From Alphaproteobacteria bacterium (GTDB lineage Bacteria; Pseudomonadota; Alphaproteobacteria; UBA6615), in NCBI GenBank assembly GCA_965261975.1, contig CBDHEC010000044.1, positions 1-14,955 on the forward strand: a stretch of DNA of 14,955 nt, read 5' to 3'. Shown piece by piece: positions 8,200 to 14,955 of the stretch. The notes under the pieces are model-generated. The model did no database searches, was not told where the DNA came from, and was given only the letters and a program-made list of their open reading frames with translations. The position numbers and the translations under genes were made by a program. Positions within the stretch are counted from its first letter, which is position 1. Each line of letters begins with the position of its first letter.

Positions 8200-9746
8200 A
8201 TGAGACTATTGACTACCGGAACTATGGTTGCGGCAAGCGTGCTCGCGGCCATCTCGGCTTCACCTCTCTTCGCGCAGGAGACACCGCAAAGGGGCGGGAC
8301 GCTCGTTGTTGCAAGACCGGCCGATGTGAACCTATGGGATCCAAAATACACCAACGACAACGCGTCTCTTTGGGCCCAGCATCAAGTCTATGCCAACCTG
8401 ATCCAGAACTCGGCAGACGGCTTGGAGTTGCGGCCTTCACTGGCCGAATCCTGGGAGATCTCTGAAGACTCGACCACCTACACCTTCACGCTCCGCGAGA
8501 ATGCGTTCTTCTGCAACGGGGACCCGATCACCGCGCATGACGTGAATTCTCCTTTGATCGGGCCATGGAGGACGACAGCAACGTCAGCTGGCAGTTCCCT
8601 GCAAACCCTCAGGTGAGCGTGATCGACGACCACACCGTCCAGATCGAGATCGACCGGCCAAACGTCGCCTTCGTGAGCTATCTCACGCTCTGGGGCAGCC
8701 ATATCTTGTCGAGGGACTACGCCGAGGAGGTTGGCCCGGAGGGACTGGCTGCCGCGCCAATGGGATCGGGGGCATTCTGCCTCGAGCGCTGGGACAGGGG
8801 GCAGGTCGCAGTGCTGACGCCCAACCCGGGATACTGGGAGCCCGACATGCCCTATGTCGATCGGGTCGAAATGCGCGTCGTGCAGGACGATAACGCGCGC
8901 ATCCTGCAACTGCGGACCGGAGAGGTCGACGTGGCGCTGCAGGTTCCGTTCAGTCAGGCAAGCTCTCTTGACGGTGTGCCGGGCGTCGATGCGACGATGG
9001 TGACGATTTATGGCACGGCCGCGGTCGTGCCCAATGTCAGCCGGGTCCCGGAACTTGCGGATGTCAGGGTGCGCCAGGCAATCTCCTACGCTGTCGACCG
9101 CGAGGCGATGATCGACGCGATCCTGCAGGGTAATGGTGAGCCGGCGGAGTCGCCATTCTACGGCCCCGGGATCCTTTACCACACCGATGAGTTCGCCACC
9201 GGCTACGATCTGGAGAGGGCGAGGGCGTTGATGGCAGAATCATCGGCCCCCGATGGTTTCGAGGTCGATCTGGTAATCCCGTCGGGTGACGAGATGGCCC
9301 AGCAGACAGCAGTCATCCTGAACGACCAGCTGGCCCAAATCGGCATTCAGGTCAATGTCGTGCCGGTCGAGGCCGGCACCTGGTGGCAGCTGTGGTCCAG
9401 CGGCGAGTTCGAAATGGTCTACAAGCTTGGGACCAACGACGTGATTGACCCGGCCATGAACATCCCCTTCGACTTCTGGCCGAGGGAGATCGGTGGGTCG
9501 GACTCGGCCTTCTCGGGCTACGTTAACGACCGAATTGTCGAGATCAGCATCGAGGCCGAGGGGGCGCAAGACCCTGACCTTCGTCGGGAACTCTATACCG
9601 AACTTCAACAGATCGCGATGGACGAGGTGCCGCAACTCTACCTGTTCCATCCGACGACCATCTACGGCACGCGCGACAACGTCCAAAACTTCGCCGTCTT
9701 CCCGACAAAGCTGCACCGCTTCTGGGAGGTCTGGATGACCGAATAG
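8200..9746 (+). pseudogene. Dpp/Opp-type (SBP family 5) ABC substrate-binding protein, about 515 aa, split by a 1-nt deletion (frameshift or sequencing error)
   Basis: Signal peptide MRLLTTGTMVAASVLAAISASPLFA|Q, then RGGTLVVA, PSLAESWEISED.TTYTFTLR...F.NGDPITAHDV. Adding one base at about 8546 restores DV(K)FSFDRAMEDD, joining ORF 8565-9746 (PMGSGAF, DVRVRQAISYAVDRE). Confidence 0.9.
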
Positions 9747-9758
9747 AGCGACCCTGCG

Positions 9759-10700
9759 GTGGCGCTTCTCTCATTCCTGCGCAGAAGGCTTATCCAGATT
9801 GTACCCGTCTTGTTCGGCATACTTCTGGTGGTTTTCATGGTCGTCCGGCTGGTGCCGGGCGACCCTGCCAGGATGATGCTCGGAGTCTACGCGACCGACG
9901 AACGACTTGACGCTCTCCGGGCCCAACTGGGTCTCGACCAGCCGATCTGGGCACAGTTCGGCAACTTCCTCTGGGACGTGATGCAGGGCGACCTGGGCAT
10001 TTCGCTCGTTTATCGCCGCCCCGTCCTCGAAGTCATCGGAGAGCGGCTTGCGCCCACGATCTCACTCATCAGCTATTCTGTCTTCCTGTCGGTCATCGTC
10101 TGCGTTCCACTCGCCATGCTCGCGGCTACCCGGCGCGGACAGCGAACTGATCAGGCCATTCGTGCCGGTGCGACGCTCACGCTGGCAATGCCGAGTTTCT
10201 GGCTGGGGCTGAACCTCCTGATCGTCTTCGCTGTCGTCTGGCCCGTTTTCCCCGTGGCGGGCTTCGGCGATACCGTTTTCGATCGTCTTTGGCACCTTTT
10301 CCTTCCGGCACTTACGATCACTCTCTCGCTGGCGCCGATCCTGATCCGCACTCTGCGCGCCTCCGTCATCGAGGCGATGTCGGCGCCCCACGTCGAGTTC
10401 GCCCGCACCAAGGGGTTGCCCGCACGCAAGCTTATGCGGCGCCACGTACTGCGCAATGGTCTGATGGCGACAGTGACGATCCTGGGCGTCAACATCGGTT
10501 GGCTTCTGGGCGGCACGGTCGTGATCGAACAGGTTTTCTCAATTCCCGGCATCGGAAACCTGATCGTGAGTTCGGTGACCGCGCGAGACTATCCGATGAT
10601 TCAGGGGATAGCCCTGGTCTTCGGGCTGCTCGTCATTTGCATCAATCTTGCGACCGATATTGTCTATGCTCTTCTGGACCCACGGGTGAGCTATGACTGA
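9759..10700 (+). CDS. Peptide/nickel ABC transporter permease (DppB/OppB-like)
   Basis: 313 aa. LVPGDPA, LGLDQP, HLFLPA, EAA-like FARTKGL...RHVLRN, C-terminal YALLDPRV. Confidence 0.95.
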   Translation: MALLSFLRRRLIQIVPVLFGILLVVFMVVRLVPGDPARMMLGVYATDERLDALRAQLGLDQPIWAQFGNFLWDVMQGDLGISLVYRRPVLEVIGERLAPTISLISYSVFLSVIVCVPLAMLAATRRGQRTDQAIRAGATLTLAMPSFWLGLNLLIVFAVVWPVFPVAGFGDTVFDRLWHLFLPALTITLSLAPILIRTLRASVIEAMSAPHVEFARTKGLPARKLMRRHVLRNGLMATVTILGVNIGWLLGGTVVIEQVFSIPGIGNLIVSSVTARDYPMIQGIALVFGLLVICINLATDIVYALLDPRVSYD

Positions 10701-11577
10701 CGAGCACGCCGCTCGCACCTTGCCCAGCCGACGCATTCCATCGCTGCCTGGACGCGCGCGTCTTGTAGCGGTACTCGGGCACCGTACGGCCGCCACGATC
10801 GGTGCCGGGCTGATAACGCTCATCGTACTTGCAAGTGTGATGGCGCCTTGGTTATCGCCTTACGATCCAATCGCACAGGATCTGCGCAACGCGCTCAAGC
10901 CGCCAAGCTGGGAGCACCTGTTCGGCACCGACAATTTCGGGCGCGATATCTTTACCCGTGTTCTCTATGCCGCACAGATAGACCTGCGCATCGCGTTCCT
11001 GTGTGTCTTCTTTCCTTGGGTCCTTGGCACGTTGCTGGGCTGCGTTGCAGGCTACTCGGGCGGATTTGTCGACACCGTGATCATGCGGACGGTCGATACC
11101 TTCACCGCTTTCCCTTTTCTCGTCATGGCGATCGGTGTGATCGCCGTTCTTGGCCCCGGCGTTACGTCGATGTATATCGCGCTCACGCTCGCGGGATGGA
11201 GCATGTACGCCCGTATCGTGCGCGCGGAAGTGCTCGTCGCCAAGCGAAGCGAATATGTCCTGGCGGCCCGTGCGCTAGGCTTTTCGCACACGCGGATCAT
11301 GCTGCGGCACCTGTTGCCCAACGTCATCACGCCAACGATCATTTTTGCCATGACCGACATCGTCCTGGTGATCCTATCGACCACGACACTCGCCTTTCTG
11401 GGCCTCGGACTTCCGCCCCCGACGCCGACTTGGGGCACCATGATTGCCGAGGGAAAGAGCTTCATCTTCACCGCGTGGTGGATGGTCACCTTGCCGGGCC
11501 TGGCCATTGTCCTTGTAGGCATTTCGCTAAGCCTTTTCGGCGATGGCGTGGCTGACTGGCTCCGAGAGAGGGAATAA
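10693..11577 (+). CDS. Peptide/nickel ABC transporter permease (DppC/OppC-like)
   Basis: 294 aa. HLFGTDNFGRDIFTRV, EYVLAARALG...RHLLPN, LAFLGLG, WGTMI motifs. Confidence 0.95.
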   Translation: MTDEHAARTLPSRRIPSLPGRARLVAVLGHRTAATIGAGLITLIVLASVMAPWLSPYDPIAQDLRNALKPPSWEHLFGTDNFGRDIFTRVLYAAQIDLRIAFLCVFFPWVLGTLLGCVAGYSGGFVDTVIMRTVDTFTAFPFLVMAIGVIAVLGPGVTSMYIALTLAGWSMYARIVRAEVLVAKRSEYVLAARALGFSHTRIMLRHLLPNVITPTIIFAMTDIVLVILSTTTLAFLGLGLPPPTPTWGTMIAEGKSFIFTAWWMVTLPGLAIVLVGISLSLFGDGVADWLRERE

Positions 11578-12596
11578 GCGTCATCGCCCTGCTCGAGGTC
11601 CGAAATCTGTCGACTGATATCCCGACCCGCCGCGGCGTGCTGCACGCTGTCGACGATGTGAGCTTTTCGATCCTGCCGGGCGAATGCCTCGGCATCGTGG
11701 GCGAGAGCGGCTCGGGCAAGAGTGTCACGTGCCGCTCCGTCCTTGGCCTGCTGGCCCCGCCCGTGCACATCAGGGGACAGGCGTTGTTCGACGGCGCCGA
11801 CTTGATAGCGTTGGGCGAGGAGGAGCGACGGCGAATTCGTGGCCACGACATCGCGATGATCGTACAGGACGCCGTGTCCGCGCTTAACCCCGTTTTGCGA
11901 GTCGGCAGACAGATTGCCGAAGGGTTGCTCGAACATGGCATCGTCCGGTCCCGTCGTGCCGCGCAGAACCGCGCGGTGGAATTGATGCGAAAGGTGGGCA
12001 TCCCCTCGCCAGAGGATCGCGTCAACGACTATCCGCACCAGTTCTCGGGAGGCATGTGCCAGCGCGTCGTGATCGCAACCGCGCTGGCCTGCGCGCCGCG
12101 GCTCTTGATCGCCGATGAGCCGACGACGGCGCTTGACGTTACGATTCAGGATCAAATCCTGAAGCTTCTAGTGCAGTTGCGCCAAGAGCTGGACCTCGCT
12201 GTGATCCTCGTTACCCACGACATGGGCGTCGTGGCGGAGACCTGCCAGCGCATCGCGGTTATGTACGCGGGCCAGATCGTCGAGACCGCGACGCCGACCG
12301 AGCTGTTTGAGAACCCTAGACATCCCTACAGTGCCGCGCTGCTCGATTGCGTGCCGACTTTGGACGGTCCGCACCCTGAACGTTTGCGACCGATCGAGGG
12401 ACTGCCGCCAGATCTCGTCGCGCCGCCCGAAGGCTGCCGGTTTCATCCGCGCTGCGCCATGGCGACTGATGCTTGCCGTGCCGGACCGGTGCCCCTGACG
12501 GAAATCGGTCCGGGCCGCTCCACCCGCTGTCTGCGCCATGCAGATATGATCCCAGGCGCTGGAGATGCAAGAAACCTGGCCGAGAAACGAGCCTGA
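11574..12596 (+). CDS. Peptide ABC transporter ATP-binding protein (DppD/OppD-like); start codon non-canonical or mutated (first canonical start is GTG 11637)
   Basis: Walker [28 protein letters not shown]-loop VTHD, HPY and GCRFHPRC C-terminal domain. The conserved N-terminal ALLEVRNLS lies in frame upstream of 11637, after ATA 11574 and ATC 11583. Confidence 0.93.
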   Translation: MSVIALLEVRNLSTDIPTRRGVLHAVDDVSFSILPGECLGIVGESGSGKSVTCRSVLGLLAPPVHIRGQALFDGADLIALGEEERRRIRGHDIAMIVQDAVSALNPVLRVGRQIAEGLLEHGIVRSRRAAQNRAVELMRKVGIPSPEDRVNDYPHQFSGGMCQRVVIATALACAPRLLIADEPTTALDVTIQDQILKLLVQLRQELDLAVILVTHDMGVVAETCQRIAVMYAGQIVETATPTELFENPRHPYSAALLDCVPTLDGPHPERLRPIEGLPPDLVAPPEGCRFHPRCAMATDACRAGPVPLTEIGPGRSTRCLRHADMIPGAGDARNLAEKRA

Positions 12597-13603
12597 TGAC
12601 CCCCTTGATAGAGATACGCGGACTTTGCAAAACCTATCCGGTCCAAGGTGGATTCCTCGACGGTATTCTGCCCGGCCGTCGAAGCCTGCTAACCGCGCTG
12701 GAGAGCATTGATCTTGACCTGGCACCAGGGGAAATCTTCAGCCTCGTTGGGGAGTCGGGGTCGGGCAAGACAACACTTGGCCGAACGCTTCTGCGGCTCG
12801 TGGAGCCGACCTCCGGAGAGATCCGTTTCAGAGGCGAGAACCTTCTCTCGATGGGTCCCGGTCGGATGCGTGCCATCCGCCGCGATCTGCAGATGGTGTT
12901 TCAGGATCCGTGGTCCTCGCTGAACCCGCGCCTGACCGTGGGCAAGATGCTCAGCGAGGTCCTTCTGGTGCACGGCATCGCCAAGGGCGCTGCCGCCCAC
13001 GCCCGCGTGGCCGAGCTTCTGGATCTCGTGGGACTGCCCGTAGAGGCCGCGAACCGCTATCCACGGCACTTCAGCGGGGGTCAGCGCCAACGCATCGGCA
13101 TTGCGCGTGCACTGGCCGTCGAGCCTGTGTTCATCGTGGCTGACGAGCCGGTTTCGGCCGTCGATGTCTCGGTGCAGGCACAGATCATGAATCTACTGCT
13201 CGACCTGCGCGACCGGCTTGGCCTGACGCTGCTGGTAATCGCCCACGACCTGAGCGTTGTGCGTTATGTCAGCGATCGGGTCGCGGTCATGTATCTTGGC
13301 CGGATCGTTGAAACCGCCCCTGCTGAAGATTTTTTTTCCAATCCGCGCCATCCGTACACGCGCGGTTTGATGGCTGCCGCGCCGCGCACGGGCCCGAAGA
13401 CCAGGCGTGGTTCCGCCGCGATCACCGGCGAGCCTCCGTCCCCGCTTGCGCCGCCGCTAGGTTGCCCGTTCAACCCGCGATGCCGCCATGCCGATGCAGG
13501 CTGCCGCGAGGCCATGCCCGAGCTGGAGGACCTCGGCGGCGGCCACCTCGTTCGGTGTTTCAAACATGACACTCTTGGCCACCAGGCAGTGGCCGAAGCC
13601 TGA
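12596..13603 (+). CDS. Peptide ABC transporter ATP-binding protein (DppF/OppF-like), 335 aa
   Basis: TGATG coupling gives the start at 12596 ([14 protein letters not shown]). [37 protein letters not shown] and GCPFNPRC motifs. Confidence 0.95.
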   Translation: MTPLIEIRGLCKTYPVQGGFLDGILPGRRSLLTALESIDLDLAPGEIFSLVGESGSGKTTLGRTLLRLVEPTSGEIRFRGENLLSMGPGRMRAIRRDLQMVFQDPWSSLNPRLTVGKMLSEVLLVHGIAKGAAAHARVAELLDLVGLPVEAANRYPRHFSGGQRQRIGIARALAVEPVFIVADEPVSAVDVSVQAQIMNLLLDLRDRLGLTLLVIAHDLSVVRYVSDRVAVMYLGRIVETAPAEDFFSNPRHPYTRGLMAAAPRTGPKTRRGSAAITGEPPSPLAPPLGCPFNPRCRHADAGCREAMPELEDLGGGHLVRCFKHDTLGHQAVAEA

Positions 13604-13623
13604 ATGTCACAGCGGAGATTTCA

Positions 13624-14328
13624 ATGGCCCACGATCCGTACTACGACCTCGTTCCACCCCCGCCGGAACCCGCTTTTGTTCCATCCAAAACGGCGCTTCT
13701 GACGATCGACCTTCAGTATCTCGACGCCCACCCCGATGGCTGGATGGGTAGGCTCTGCCGGGACCAAGGAAAACCCGATCATCTAAACGAACGCTGGGAG
13801 TTCATCGAAGAGATCTTGCCGACTGTAACCCTGCTGCAAAACGCCTGCCGCTCGGGCGGTGTGGAACTGATTCATATTCGCGTCAAATATCTCACGGCCG
13901 ACTGCCGCGATGGGCAACGCTCCCTTCAGCAGGAGACGAAGGCACGCTGGGCAGACGCGCGGGATGACGAATTCCTGCCGGAGGTTGCGCCGCACGGCGA
14001 CGAATTGGTGATCGACAAGACAAGTGCGGGGACCTTCAACTCGACTCCCATCGACCAGATCTTGCGCAACATGGGTATTGACCGGCTGCTTGTCTGCGGC
14101 ATCGTAACCGAAGGGTGCGTTGAACTCACGGCCCGTGACGCGGCCGACCGCGGCTACTACGTGACGCTCGTCGAGGATGCCTGCGCCTCATCAACACGCG
14201 TCGCCCACGATGATGCGCTGCAACGGATGTCGGACGGGGCCCTAATCCGTGTTCGAAAAGCGGCGGAGATCGAAAACCTGATTCAGTCCGCGGCCGTGGC
14301 AAGCGAACCGGAAGCCGTCCCGGGATGA
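13624..14328 (+). CDS. Isochorismatase-like cysteine hydrolase (amidohydrolase), paralog B
   Basis: 234 aa. GGAGA RBS. Triad at TID29, IDK132 and TEGC165. About 60% identical to 7474-8170 by hand alignment. Confidence 0.93.
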   Translation: MAHDPYYDLVPPPPEPAFVPSKTALLTIDLQYLDAHPDGWMGRLCRDQGKPDHLNERWEFIEEILPTVTLLQNACRSGGVELIHIRVKYLTADCRDGQRSLQQETKARWADARDDEFLPEVAPHGDELVIDKTSAGTFNSTPIDQILRNMGIDRLLVCGIVTEGCVELTARDAADRGYYVTLVEDACASSTRVAHDDALQRMSDGALIRVRKAAEIENLIQSAAVASEPEAVPG

Positions 14329-14488
14329 TATCTTGCGTTTTCCGCTTGCTGGAAGACGCGAGCCCTTCCGCCAGAATCGTGGCTGATACGAAGGGTCTAA
14401 TCTGATGGCTTATGCGCGCGACCATACCTCCGATGCGTTCGCAGCTGTCTTCCAGGACCTGTTTCGTCACCAGCTTGCCGCGTCCGCT

Positions 14489-14599
14489 CTCGCTGATGAT
14501 GACCCTTGCGCCGTCGTTCGACATGCGCTGTGCGATGGCCGCGCCGATGCCACCAATGGCACCCGCACCGCAGATCAGGACCGGCTCACGTATCGCCAA
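14489..14599 (-). pseudogene. Remnant of a Rossmann-fold oxidoreductase gene (ketopantoate-reductase-like and/or SDR-like N-terminus only)
   Basis: (I)REPVLICGAGAIGGIGAAIAQRMSNDGARVIISE overlaps the creatininase stop. After about 35 codons nothing is recognisable, and only about 160 bp remain before the convergent hydrolase B stop. Confidence 0.65.
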
Positions 14600-14955
14600 G
14601 ACCCGGCCACGGGCCCTCCAGCGCTGCGCGTGTTTCCCGCACACCCGTCTCCCAAATCGAAAACATTTCAGCGTCCGGTCGCTGCCAGCGCCCGCCGAAG
14701 GACCCGTCCCCCAGCAATTCGCGCACCTGCGTCGGGGGAGATGCCTTCATCAGGTCCATGTCGATAACCGGTTTTTCGCCTTGGGGTGCTGTGGCATGGG
14801 ACAGCCGCGTCCAGGGGAAGTTCTCCAGCCAGTTTGCATGGGACGCCGTGGGGTCAATTGACTGTGCCTTGGCCCATGTCTGGGGCGCGTTCCACCAGTT
14901 GTGGAACTTGATCGAGAGGTCGGCGTGCTCTGCCATCAAGTCCTGCGCCAGTGCA
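14586..14955 (-). CDS. Creatininase-family protein (creatinine amidohydrolase / formamide hydrolase-like), C-terminal part; truncated by window edge
   Basis: Frame is open to the window end (ALAQDLMAEH...). FHNWW, metal-ligand motif SHA.W.E (equivalent of HAGE.E), and LGDGSFGG near the C-terminus, which I recognise from alphaproteobacterial creatininase-family proteins. Confidence 0.75.
   Translation of the reverse strand, partial: ALAQDLMAEHADLSIKFHNWWNAPQTWAKAQSIDPTASHANWLENFPWTRLSHATAPQGEKPVIDMDLMKASPPTQVRELLGDGSFGGRWQRPDAEMFSIWETGVRETRAALEGPWPGLGDT

Noticed and set aside
12473-12595. ORF-track start of the second ATPase at 12473
   Set aside because: It overlaps the DppD C-terminal domain. 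TGATG coupling and the typical PLIEIRGL N-terminus place the start at 12596.
12430-13560. Four-Cys motifs at the C-termini of both peptide ATPases
   Set aside because: Known feature of the DppD/OppD C-terminal domain (Fe-S binding in some members), so not novel.
14126-14644. 172-aa minus-strand ORF as an intact dehydrogenase
   Set aside because: Only about 35 residues look like a Rossmann fold. The rest is unrecognisable and runs antisense into hydrolase B.
1-14955. CRISPR arrays, tRNA/rRNA genes, tandem repeat arrays, defence or phage genes
   Set aside because: None seen. The window is almost fully coding and the short intergenic gaps contain no repeat-spacer or RNA-gene pattern.

Overview
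GC-rich window, probably alphaproteobacterial, made of three catabolic modules. (1) <1-6450 (+): the 3' part of a monosaccharide (CUT2/Rbs-type) ABC importer operon with a Gfo/Idh/MocA dehydrogenase, a metal-dependent TIM-barrel isomerase/epimerase and an aldose-1-epimerase-like (DUF4432-type) protein. The next coupled gene is cut off after about 5 codons. (2) 6462-7266: a dead 805-bp IS6-family element with two nonsense codons in the transposase and no target-site duplication, so it probably marks a rearrangement junction. (3) 7474-14328 (+): an operon in which a complete Dpp/Opp-type ABC importer (SBP, 2 permeases, 2 ATPases) is flanked by two paralogous isochorismatase-like cysteine hydrolases (about 60% identical by hand alignment), preceded by a GntR-like palindromic operator. 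At the right end, on the - strand, a creatininase-family gene (partial) is followed by a Rossmann-fold gene remnant. The hydrolase/Dpp operon carries several lesions: a +1 frameshift in hydrolase A, a -1 frameshift in the SBP, and no canonical start codon for the first ATPase. These are either ongoing decay or sequencing errors. The best candidate for an undescribed system is the twin-amidohydrolase plus peptide-type importer operon, which may take up and hydrolyse an unknown amide/ureide compound. All family calls come from motif recognition; no searches were run.
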